NCBI RefSeq assembly: GCF_009831105.1
Contig: NZ_WUUQ01000002.1
Span: 180,001 to 212,000, forward strand
Source of the DNA: Copranaerobaculum intestinale
GTDB taxonomy: Bacteria; Bacillota_I; Bacilli_A; Erysipelotrichales; Erysipelotrichaceae
DNA: 32,000 bases
Reading direction: 5' to 3'
Part shown: positions 17,228 to 24,656 of the stretch, piece after piece
How the letters are laid out: each line of letters opens with the position of its first letter
Position numbering within the stretch: position 1 is the stretch's first letter
Notes under the pieces: generated by a model
What the model was told of the DNA's origin: nothing
Databases searched by the model: none
The model's input: the letters and a program-made list of their open reading frames with translations, nothing else
Position numbers and translations under genes: made by a program

Positions 17228-18618
17228 ATGGATTGACGTTCACGATCTTTGGCGGAACCGGTGATCTCACTTTTCGCAAGCTGCTTCCGGCTCTATATAA
17301 TCTGCAGGTATCTAACAAGCTTGATCGAACCTTTCGCATCGTCATCATCGGACGCCGGAAATACACCCGGGAAAGCTATGGTGAAAAAGCCAAGGAATGG
17401 GTGATGAAATATGCCCGGCTCGCTTTTCAGGAAAGTGCCTTTGATGAGCTTGTCCAGCGGATTCAGTATGTGCAGATGGATTTTACCGCTTTGCAGGAAT
17501 ACAATTCCTTAAATATCTGGTATCAGCAGGGCGGTTATGAAAATCACATTTTCTATTTTGCTGTAGCACCTCGATTTTTCCCAATCATCGCACAGGGTCT
17601 GGAAAATGTGGAACATGCATGTGAAGGAAAGGTAATCGTGGAAAAGCCATTCGGTGAAAATCTTTCTGCGGCTCGCTTGCTGAATCATGATCTGGAACGT
17701 TTTTTTCCGGATTCTCATATTTTTCATATCGACCATTATCTGGGCAAAGAAATGGTTCGCAACATTCAGGCGGTTCGCTTTATGAACCCTATCTTTAAGA
17801 ATGTCTGGAATCGAGAATTTATCGAACATGTACAAATCAGCGCAATGGAGGAGGTCGGGGTGGAAAGCCGCGGCGGTTATTACGATCAAAGCGGAGCATT
17901 AAAAGATATGGTACAAAATCATCTCTTTCAAATACTTACGATTATCGCTATGGAACAGCCGGAACGCTTCTTCGGTGATGATATGCATCAAAAGCAACTG
18001 GATGTCCTGCACGATCTAAGACCGGTAGATAAGCTGGATATGAAAAAAACGATGGTTTTAGGACAGTATCGAGGATATCGGAAGGAAGAAAAGGTTCAAG
18101 CAGATTCGACCACGGAAACCTATGCGGCCCTGCGTTTGTTAATCGATAATCCTCGCTGGCAGGATGTACCCTTTTATATCCGTACTGGTAAAAAATTAAA
18201 TCGGAGGGAAATGGAGGTAATCATCACTTTTAAAAATGTGAACCCGGAAGCGCAGGCAAATGTGCTGATTATCAAAATTCAGCCCAAGGAAGGCATCTAT
18301 CTGCAATTTAATATCAAGAAGCCTGGTGACAGCGATGAAATTATCGCTACCCGCATGGATTTTTGTCAGAGCTGTTTGGAAAGCAACCGTATCAACACGC
18401 CGGAAGCATATGAGCGGCTGTTGTTGGCTGCGGTCAATAATGAGGTCTCTTGGTTTTCCAAATGGGATCAAATTGAAACCAGCTGGCAGTATATCAATCG
18501 CATGAAGGAAGCTTATCAGAAGGCTAAGCTGCCAATTTACGATTATGAACCGGGCAGTGATGGCGTTGAATTTTCAAAAACGCTGCTAGGTGGTCAGGAT
18601 TGGGCCGAACTGGCATAA
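17224..18618 (+). CDS. zwf: Glucose-6-phosphate 1-dehydrogenase
   Basis: FGGTGDLTFRKLLPALY, VEKPFGEN, HIDHYLGKE. ATG at 17224 overlaps the gnd stop (ATGA) after GGAGG. Confidence 0.93.
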   Translation: MNGLTFTIFGGTGDLTFRKLLPALYNLQVSNKLDRTFRIVIIGRRKYTRESYGEKAKEWVMKYARLAFQESAFDELVQRIQYVQMDFTALQEYNSLNIWYQQGGYENHIFYFAVAPRFFPIIAQGLENVEHACEGKVIVEKPFGENLSAARLLNHDLERFFPDSHIFHIDHYLGKEMVRNIQAVRFMNPIFKNVWNREFIEHVQISAMEEVGVESRGGYYDQSGALKDMVQNHLFQILTIIAMEQPERFFGDDMHQKQLDVLHDLRPVDKLDMKKTMVLGQYRGYRKEEKVQADSTTETYAALRLLIDNPRWQDVPFYIRTGKKLNRREMEVIITFKNVNPEAQANVLIIKIQPKEGIYLQFNIKKPGDSDEIIATRMDFCQSCLESNRINTPEAYERLLLAAVNNEVSWFSKWDQIETSWQYINRMKEAYQKAKLPIYDYEPGSDGVEFSKTLLGGQDWAELA

Positions 18619-18648
18619 ATAATTTTGAGAATTTGTTTTCAGATAAAG

Positions 18649-18714
18649 AAAAGATCTCTTCCGTGTCATGTCCCCCAGAACCATGCAGTTTACTGAAATG
18701 GAGAGATCTTTTTT
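18649..18714 (+). terminator. Long-loop hairpin / probable terminator after zwf
   Basis: AAAAGATCTCT(T)CC (18649-18662) pairs with GGAGAGATCTTTT (18700-12): 13-bp stem, 37-nt loop, flanking A and T runs (bidirectional-terminator shape). Confidence 0.45.
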
Positions 18715-18730
18715 GTTTATAATATAGAAC

Positions 18731-18765
18731 AGTATGGAATTATCTTAACTTCCATACTTTTTTTC
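18731..18765 (+). terminator. Second rho-independent terminator-like hairpin
   Basis: AGTATGGAA-ttatcttaac-TTCCATACT is a perfect 9-bp stem followed by a T7 run. Confidence 0.6.
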
Positions 18766-18808
18766 ACGATGAATATCCTGTATGATAATAAGAAAAAGGA
18801 GGTATATT

Positions 18809-19681
18809 ATGTATATCATTAAAAATGGAACCATTTATACAATGGGAAAAGAAGGCGTATTTCAGGGGGATATTCTAGTAGCCAACGGAAAAATACAGGC
18901 GGTGGGCACAAATCTTTCCTCATCTGATGCGAAAGTGATCGATGCGACTGGATACAATGTGTATCCGGGGCTGATCGATGCGCACTGTCATCTGGGCATG
19001 GAGGAAGCCGGTATTCGCACCGAGGGCGATGATGTGAATGAATACAGTGACCCGATTACCCCGCATATGCGTGCTATTGATGCAATCAATCCGATGGATG
19101 AAACGATTAAGCATGCCCGTGAGGGAGGCGTTACAACGGTATGTTCCGGACCGGGCAGTGCGAATGTGCTGGGTGGTACGTTTTTGATTTATAAAACCTA
19201 TGGAAACTGCATAGATGAAATGATCGTCAAAAATCCGGCCGCGATGAAATGTGCCTTCGGTGAAAATCCGAAAATGGGGTACATGGACAGTAAAATCAAA
19301 ACTCGCATGAATGTTGCGGCTTTACTTCGTGAAACATTGTTTAAGACCAAAGAGTATATGCATAATAAAGAGCTGGCAAGCACTGATACCACACAAAAGC
19401 TTCCGCCATATGACATGAAGCTGGAAGCAATGATTCCGGTAATTGAGAAAAAAATTCCCCTCAAGGCTCATGCGCACCGCGCGGATGATATTCTGACCGC
19501 GATCCGCATCGCGAAAGAGTTTGATTTAGATATGACACTGGATCATTGTACTGAAGGTCACCTGATACTTGATCAAGTGAAAGCGAGCGGATTCGATGCG
19601 ATTGTGGGGCCGAGTCTGACCCATAAATCAAAATTAGAATTTGAAAACCATAAAATTATGAGTGATTATTGCTCTCCATAG
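18809..19681 (+). pseudogene. Amidohydrolase-family gene, N-terminal 279 codons, interrupted by a mobile element (reads 11 foreign codons then stops)
   Basis: ATG after AAAGGAGG. Metal-binding PGLIDAHCHLG motif. Host-derived sequence ends at 19645; the tail NHKIMSDYCSP* is encoded by element DNA. Confidence 0.8.
19638..19645 (+). repeat. attL core (AATTTGAA)
   Basis: Identical 8-mer at both junctions, in the same codon phase of the split gene. Confidence 0.7.
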
Positions 19682-19704
19682 GTTATCAATAAAATCCTCC
19701 AAAA

Positions 19705-19726
19705 GCCTTGAAAATAAAGGATTTAT
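19705..19726 (+). repeat. Direct repeat DR-A, left copy (GCCTTGAAAATAAAGGATTTAT)
   Basis: Matches 26805-26826 at 20 of 22 positions in the same orientation. Confidence 0.7.
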
Positions 19727-19790
19727 CGCAATGTGTTCACCTTATCCTTTTATATGATTTCACACAAGTTTACTCTTTCCCTGCCTACTT

Positions 19791-19815
19791 ATAAGGGCAA
19801 AATCAAGGGCAAGAA
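19791..19815 (+). repeat. AAGGGCAA-motif cluster, left arm (ATAAGGGCAAAATCAAGGGCAAGAA)
   Basis: The first 19 nt match 26749-26767 at 18 of 19 positions. TCAAGGGCAAGAA (19803-19815) recurs inverted at 20317-20329, and CAAGGGCAAGA recurs direct at 20236-20246. Confidence 0.7.
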
Positions 19816-19898
19816 AATCTCATAACAAGATATAACAGAGTGTGGCAATCGGAGAACTGTGACATATGTGCGAATATATTATAACGGAGGATTTTTTA

Positions 19899-20279
19899 AT
19901 GGACAAGTATATTTATGATGAAAGCAACGGTTTATGGTATGAGTTGCAGGGAGATTATTATATTCCTTGCATTACTTTACCAACCGAAAAAGAACACAAG
20001 TTTATCGGCTTATGGGGACAGCGGTACAAACGCTATTTACAGGAACATAAACGAGCAGTTTACACCACGCTGCTCACAAGCGGAAAATTGAACGGTTATC
20101 TTGCTGATATTGACGAACAGGCAATGGATATGATGTTCCGATTGGTTGAGCAAATGGCTGACAAGGAAGGTGTGACTGAGCAACTCAAAGCGGAAAACCC
20201 GATGTTGTGGGTTGTAAGAATGAACGAGATACAGGCAAGGGCAAGAGAAATAATCAATAGAGAAATTATATACACATAA
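19899..20279 (+). CDS. tnpV: TnpV-family transposon-associated protein
   Basis: From memory this resembles TnpV of clostridial mobilizable transposons (..LWYELQGDYYIP.., ..YTTLLTSGKLNGYLADIDEQA.., ..PMLWVVRMNEIQARAREI..). ATG at 19899 lies 8 nt after GGAGG. Confidence 0.65.
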   Translation: MDKYIYDESNGLWYELQGDYYIPCITLPTEKEHKFIGLWGQRYKRYLQEHKRAVYTTLLTSGKLNGYLADIDEQAMDMMFRLVEQMADKEGVTEQLKAENPMLWVVRMNEIQARAREIINREIIYT

Positions 20280-20325
20280 AAGATTAGAGCGGCAGGGAGA
20301 AATCTCTGTCGCTTTATTCTTGCCC

Positions 20326-20381
20326 TTGACAATAAGGCACAACTATTATATACTGTACTTGTAGATGTAATACACTATATA
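20326..20381 (+). promoter_or_regulatory. Cargo-operon promoter with overlapping inverted-repeat operator
   Basis: TTGACA (20326-20331), 17-nt spacer, TATACT (20349-20354). Inverted repeat TATATACTGTA (20347-20357) / TACACTATATA (20371-20381) matches at 10 of 11 positions with a 13-nt spacer and overlaps the -10. Confidence 0.55.
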
Positions 20382-20410
20382 ATAGCAAGTAACAGAATGG
20401 CGGTGGAATT

Positions 20411-20788
20411 TTGGATATTGTTGTAAGCAATAAGGCAAGCCGACCTTTGTACGAACAAATTTCTACACAAATCAAGGCGGCAATTATGAGTGGTGAATTG
20501 AAAACAGGTGAAGCCATTCCGTCTGTAAGGTCATTGGCAAAGTCCTTGCACATTAGTATTTTAACGGTACAAAAAGCTTATGCCACATTACAAGAAGATG
20601 GATTTATAGAGTCAACAGCTGGTAAAGGGTGCTATGTATCGGCACAAAATCAGGACTTTTATCTTGAGGAACAACAAAAGAAGATAGAGGAACACTTTAC
20701 AGACGCAATCGAAGTGGCAAGGGCAAGTGGAATATCACTTGATAAACTAATCAATTTACTGACACTTTTATATCAGGAGGACGAATAA
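20411..20788 (+). CDS. GntR-family transcriptional regulator, short YtrA-like subfamily
   Basis: The N-terminal winged-HTH string PLYEQISTQIKAAIMSGELKTGEAIPSVRSLAKSLHISILTVQKAYATLQEDGFI and a short ~50-aa C-terminus are typical of YtrA-type regulators. TTG start. Confidence 0.85.
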   Translation: MDIVVSNKASRPLYEQISTQIKAAIMSGELKTGEAIPSVRSLAKSLHISILTVQKAYATLQEDGFIESTAGKGCYVSAQNQDFYLEEQQKKIEEHFTDAIEVARASGISLDKLINLLTLLYQEDE

Positions 20789-21652
20789 ATGAGCGAAAAT
20801 ATTTTAGAAGTTAAAGGTTTGACAAAAGATTACGGTGATTTCGTTCTTGATAAATTGACCTTCACTGTACCTAAAGGCGTAATTATGGGACTGATTGGAG
20901 AAAATGGTGCAGGAAAATCAACAACTATTAACTGTATTCTTAATGAAATATCAAAGACAGATGGAAATATTGAAATTTTCGGAAAGGATTATCTCTCTGA
21001 AGAAATTGAAATCAAAGACAAAATAGGCGTTGTATTTGATGAAAACCATTTCCCAGATATATTTACACCAAATGAAATTGGAACATATATGTCGGGAATA
21101 TATTCAAAATGGGAACGAAATACTTATGTCAATTATCTCTCGAAGTTTGAACTTCCTGCTGATAAAAGGGTAAAGGATTTTTCTAAAGGTATGAAAGTTA
21201 AGTTGGCTTTTGCTGTGGCACTTTCGCACAAAGCAGAACTTTTAATTTTGGACGAAGCAACAAGTGGTCTTGACCCTATTATCAGAGATGACATTTTAGA
21301 TATTTTGATTGACTTTGTTCAAGACGAAAATCATTCGGTATTGGTATCTTCTCATATCATAAGCGATTTAGAAAAAGTGGCAGATTATATTACTTTTATT
21401 CATAAGGGGAAATTGGTTTTCACCCACTCAAAAGACGAATTAGTTGATAATTACGGTGTAATGAGTTGTGGTGCTATGGTTTTTGACAACTTAGATAAAT
21501 CAGAGATAATCGCTTATAGGAAAGAGGATTATCAATACAAAGTGCTTGTAAAAGACCGTCACATTGCCGAGAAAAAATATCCAAAAGCGATTGTTGTTCC
21601 AGCCGCAATCGAAGAAATTATGCTTTTCTATGTAAAGGGGGAAATGAAATGA
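20789..21652 (+). CDS. ABC transporter ATP-binding protein
   Basis: Walker A GENGAGKST, signature-like FSKGMKVKL, Walker B LLILDEATSGLD. RBS AGGAGG. Abuts the regulator's stop codon. Confidence 0.9.
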   Translation: MSENILEVKGLTKDYGDFVLDKLTFTVPKGVIMGLIGENGAGKSTTINCILNEISKTDGNIEIFGKDYLSEEIEIKDKIGVVFDENHFPDIFTPNEIGTYMSGIYSKWERNTYVNYLSKFELPADKRVKDFSKGMKVKLAFAVALSHKAELLILDEATSGLDPIIRDDILDILIDFVQDENHSVLVSSHIISDLEKVADYITFIHKGKLVFTHSKDELVDNYGVMSCGAMVFDNLDKSEIIAYRKEDYQYKVLVKDRHIAEKKYPKAIVVPAAIEEIMLFYVKGEMK

Positions 21653-22293
21653 AAGGGCTATTAACAAAGGATTTTCTTACAATTAAAAAGAAATATGGCT
21701 TACCTCGTGTGATTATGGATATAGCCATTATTATTGCGTTAATGTTCATATTGGAAAAAAGCGGAACAATATATATCAGTTTTTTACTCATTCCTATTGA
21801 AATAATGTCAATGATTATCTCCCTAACAACTTGTGACGAGCAATGGAAATGGGGGAAATATGCTGTATCACTTCCTGTATCTAAAAAACAGATTGTATGC
21901 AGCAGATATGCTTGTGCGGGTATTTTGTCCTTAATTGGCTTTGTGGTTGCACTCATTGTAAATTCTGCCTCATATATTCTGTTTCCACAATATGCATATG
22001 GTTTTTATCTCTTTATGTCCTGTGCTTCATTTGCACTGACATTATTGTTTTTGGCATTTGTTTTGCCATCAAATTACTCGTTAGGTGTTAATGCTGGATT
22101 TGCGACAATGTTTATCTTAATTATACTGCTTGTTGTTTTGGGCTTATGGACTAAGGCAACAAATAATTCAATTATGTGGTTTGTTGTAGAGAATTTTGAA
22201 GTAAGCATTGCTATTGCAGGAGTTTCTGTTGTTGCAATATGCGGGTTGTCTTTTGTACTGTCAAACTTGTTTTTCAGAAAAAAATATATATAG
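21649..22293 (+). CDS. ABC-2-type membrane permease (about 6 hydrophobic segments)
   Basis: ATGA overlap with the ATPase stop. Very hydrophobic throughout. Position is typical for the permease partner in YtrA-type cassettes. Confidence 0.7.
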   Translation: MKGLLTKDFLTIKKKYGLPRVIMDIAIIIALMFILEKSGTIYISFLLIPIEIMSMIISLTTCDEQWKWGKYAVSLPVSKKQIVCSRYACAGILSLIGFVVALIVNSASYILFPQYAYGFYLFMSCASFALTLLFLAFVLPSNYSLGVNAGFATMFILIILLVVLGLWTKATNNSIMWFVVENFEVSIAIAGVSVVAICGLSFVLSNLFFRKKYI

Positions 22294-22306
22294 TTAGGAG
22301 TAAGAA

Positions 22307-22504
22307 ATGAGAAAGTGTATCAGATGTGGATGTGAAATGAAAGAAAATTGTGCTGTAAAAATTGAAGGGGCGGGATATGGAATTGTTTTATCATCTGATG
22401 AAAACAAGTTATTTGGTGGTCGAATAGGAAAGCCTAAAGTAGCCATTTGCCCTGAATGTGGAGAAGTGTCTATTTATCTTGAAGATTTGGATAGATTAAA
22501 CTAA
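22307..22504 (+). CDS. Small zinc-ribbon protein (65 aa)
   Basis: AGGAG RBS 6 nt upstream. CIRCGC near the N-terminus and CPECG near the C-terminus form a CxxC..CxxC ribbon. Confidence 0.6.
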   Translation: MRKCIRCGCEMKENCAVKIEGAGYGIVLSSDENKLFGGRIGKPKVAICPECGEVSIYLEDLDRLN

Positions 22505-22536
22505 TCCCTTCTTTTTCTACGATAATGTTATGTACG

Positions 22537-22571
22537 CCGCCGCTATGGGTAAAACCGTAACGGCGGTTTTT
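22537..22571 (+). terminator. Terminator between the convergent cargo operon and the relaxase gene
   Basis: CCGCCGCTA (22537-22545) pairs with TAACGGCGG (22558-22566) at 8 of 9 positions, then TTTTT. Confidence 0.6.
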
Positions 22572-22576
22572 CAATG

Positions 22577-24013
22577 CTACCTGCTATCTCTGTCAATGGA
22601 TTTTTTATACTGTCTTTGCGGTGGTTGCTGCTTGTTGCGTTCCTGTATCTCACGCAGATGTTTTAACACGCTCTGCCTTTCGGGCGGTCTGTGCTGTTCT
22701 TTAGTGGCAGCTGTCGGCTTCCTGCTGACTTGGTATTCCCACTCGGCAAGGTCACGGTTGTACTGCTCTACAACGCTTTCCATTTCTCGGAAAGTACGCA
22801 TAAATACCTGCACATCAGGATAACCGTCCGCTTTGAGTGTATCGGGGATTTTATCCAGCCTGTCGGCAATTTCCACTTCGGTTTCTTTGATTTTTACCTC
22901 CAACGCTTTTCGTTCTTTACCTTTGAAAAGCCCCTTTGTATCAGCAAGCTGCTGTTTCAAGTGCGGCAGAACTTTGTCCTGCAAGTTTTTAATTTCCTTT
23001 GCCTTATCCTGTACTTTTATCATCAGATTTCGCATATGACGGAACTCTGCCATATCAATATCAAGTGTAGGCTTGGGTGGCATATCCTTTTCCCGAATAA
23101 GGTTTTGCAGAAAATCTTTTGCCTTTGCCACAATCCCACGGAACAGATTAGGAAGCCAGCCTTTGCTTTTAATTGACTGGCTTGCTTTTTCGTGTATCTC
23201 GGTCTGCTTGACTTCTAAAATCTTTGCTTCGGAAATACCCGATAACAACGCCATATCCGCTGTCCTGTTCCATTCCTGCCTTGCGGTATTGTCCGCTTCA
23301 ATCTCGGCGGCTTTGGGATTGTTCTTGCCGATTTTCTTGGTGGGAAGATAAACGCTGTTCTTATCAAATACCTTTAACTGCTGTTCGGGATCGGAGATAT
23401 GCCGATTGATAAGGTCGGTGTAAATCTCTTTTATCTCCCGAAGAAAAGGCTCGCTTTTGAATTTATCATCTTTCACGGTAAAGAGGTGGCTTTCGTAAAC
23501 CTCGCCCTTTTTAATGACGGTACAGCCTTTGCGTATCTGCCCGTCCTCCCCTGTGATTTCTTTCTTGGTGCGTACCCTTTTGCCCGTTTCATCATAGAAC
23601 ACGCTGCGTGTGGCTCTCTTGATGTCAGACTCAGGAAGCAGTTTTCTTTCGCTGAAGATAAGATGGATATGATAATTGGTTTTGCGTTTGTTGTGGTGGA
23701 GGGCTGACACGCACTCCACACCATATCTCTTGCGGAACTCCTCCGTAAAATCTTCAAGGACTTCCTGCGGCTCGTATCTTGTATAAACTTCGGGCAGGGC
23801 GATAATCAATTCCCTTGCTTCGATACATTTGCCCTCTGTGCCGCTCCGCTTAAACTCCTGCTGGCTTTCCCTTGCAAGGTTACTCCAAAATTCATTGTCG
23901 GCGGTGCGGTAGGTGGCATAAAGGTTTTCCTGCTTTGCGTGGCTTGTGATATAGGATATTCTTCCCTTGACATTGGATAGCTTCGACATCTGTATAAATG
24001 AATGTCTTGCCAT
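22577..24013 (-). CDS. MobA/MobL-family relaxase (mobilization nuclease)
   Basis: ATG at 24013 lies 5 nt after GGGAGGAAGGAG. N-terminal relaxase domain with the histidine triad HHNKRKTNYHIHLIF. Long charged coiled C-terminal region. Confidence 0.85.
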   Translation of the reverse strand: MARHSFIQMSKLSNVKGRISYITSHAKQENLYATYRTADNEFWSNLARESQQEFKRSGTEGKCIEARELIIALPEVYTRYEPQEVLEDFTEEFRKRYGVECVSALHHNKRKTNYHIHLIFSERKLLPESDIKRATRSVFYDETGKRVRTKKEITGEDGQIRKGCTVIKKGEVYESHLFTVKDDKFKSEPFLREIKEIYTDLINRHISDPEQQLKVFDKNSVYLPTKKIGKNNPKAAEIEADNTARQEWNRTADMALLSGISEAKILEVKQTEIHEKASQSIKSKGWLPNLFRGIVAKAKDFLQNLIREKDMPPKPTLDIDMAEFRHMRNLMIKVQDKAKEIKNLQDKVLPHLKQQLADTKGLFKGKERKALEVKIKETEVEIADRLDKIPDTLKADGYPDVQVFMRTFREMESVVEQYNRDLAEWEYQVSRKPTAATKEQHRPPERQSVLKHLREIQERNKQQPPQRQYKKSIDRDSR

Positions 24014-24044
24014 ATACTCCTTCCTCCCGTGACGGGCATACTCT

Positions 24045-24232
24045 TTTTGCAACCGAGAAATCGGTTGCCGCTGTTTCGGCGGCGTAAGCAGACGGACAGC
24101 GAAGAAAACAGCGGGCTGTTTTCTTCTGTATCATAGCGGCGGTGCATTGCCCGAAGCGATGGTACAGTGCCCCCTGCAAGGGCGAAATACCCAGAGTACA
24201 AATCGAAGATTTGTGCGAGGGGTGTATTTCGC
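24045..24232 (-). other. Candidate oriT (cluster of inverted repeats upstream of the relaxase gene)
   Basis: GCAACCGA-gaaa-TCGGTTGC (24049-24068). GAAGAAAACAG-cggg-CTGTTTTCTTC (24101-24126, perfect 11 bp). Nested GCGAAATAC (24182-24190) / GTATTTCGC (24224-24232) enclosing ACAAATC-gaa-GATTTGT (24198-24214). Confidence 0.5.
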
Positions 24233-24260
24233 TCTCAAACGCCGAGGGCTTGGAGAATGG

Positions 24261-24476
24261 TTATTCTACTTTGCGGACATCGTTTTCATTCAGCAGGTTT
24301 CTTCCCTGATTGACGCTCATAAATCGCTCTAAAGTATCCCTGCGGATAATCGCTTTTCTTCCGACCTTGAGGACGGGAAGTTTGCCCCAGTCTACCAACT
24401 TACGCATTGTATTTCTTCCGATACCCGTACATTCTGCTGCTTCTTCTATGGTTAAACCCATTTTGATGTTGCCCAT
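24261..24476 (-). CDS. xis: Excisionase-family DNA-binding protein (MerR-like HTH)
   Basis: LTIEEAAECTGIGRNTMRKLVDWGKLPVLKVGRKAIIRRDTLERF is a typical excisionase-family HTH. RBS AAGGAGG. Confidence 0.8.
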   Translation of the reverse strand: MGNIKMGLTIEEAAECTGIGRNTMRKLVDWGKLPVLKVGRKAIIRRDTLERFMSVNQGRNLLNENDVRKVE

Positions 24477-24524
24477 TTTATCAACCTCCTTTCAAAACAC
24501 GCATTTTGCAACTATGTATCTGTA

Positions 24525-24553
24525 ATTATACTTATTTTGATACCTCTTGTCAA
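24525..24553 (-). promoter_or_regulatory. Consensus promoter for xis (and probably the relaxase gene)
   Basis: The minus strand reads TTGACA, a 17-nt spacer, then TATAAT: both hexamers are perfect. Confidence 0.7.
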
Positions 24554-24604
24554 CTCGTTTTGCAACTTATTAAGAAATATTTTTGTCTATTATTAAATTT
24601 ATGG

Positions 24605-24633
24605 TTGCAAAATAGGTTTTTCCGTGCTATACT
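24605..24633 (+). promoter_or_regulatory. Promoter for the XRE regulator gene
   Basis: TTGCAA (24605-24610), 17-nt spacer, TATACT (24628-24633). The -35 lies inside a GTTGCAAAA motif copy. Confidence 0.6.
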
Positions 24634-24656
24634 ATCAGCAATAGGAGGTGAAAGCC

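Noticed and set aside
19683-19700. Imperfect terminal inverted repeat (TTATCAATAAAATCCTCC versus 26829-26846 AGAGGATTGAATAGATAA, about 14 of 18 positions)
   Set aside because: The match is weak. The two copies also sit at different distances from the core (about 38 bp inside on the left, abutting the core on the right), so I do not call them IRs. The direct repeats are much stronger.
22530-23707. Several 60-160-aa plus-strand ORFs (22530-22823, 22691-23176, 22833-23039, 23073-23351, 23399-23707)
   Set aside because: All lie antisense to the relaxase gene. They have Cys/Phe/Leu-rich nonsense composition and no RBS.
23806-24201. Minus-strand ORFs 23806-24201 and 23892-24179 spanning the relaxase start and upstream region
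   Set aside because: They are out of frame with the relaxase, run through the inverted-repeat (oriT-like) DNA and have no RBS. The relaxase start at 24013 has a very strong RBS.
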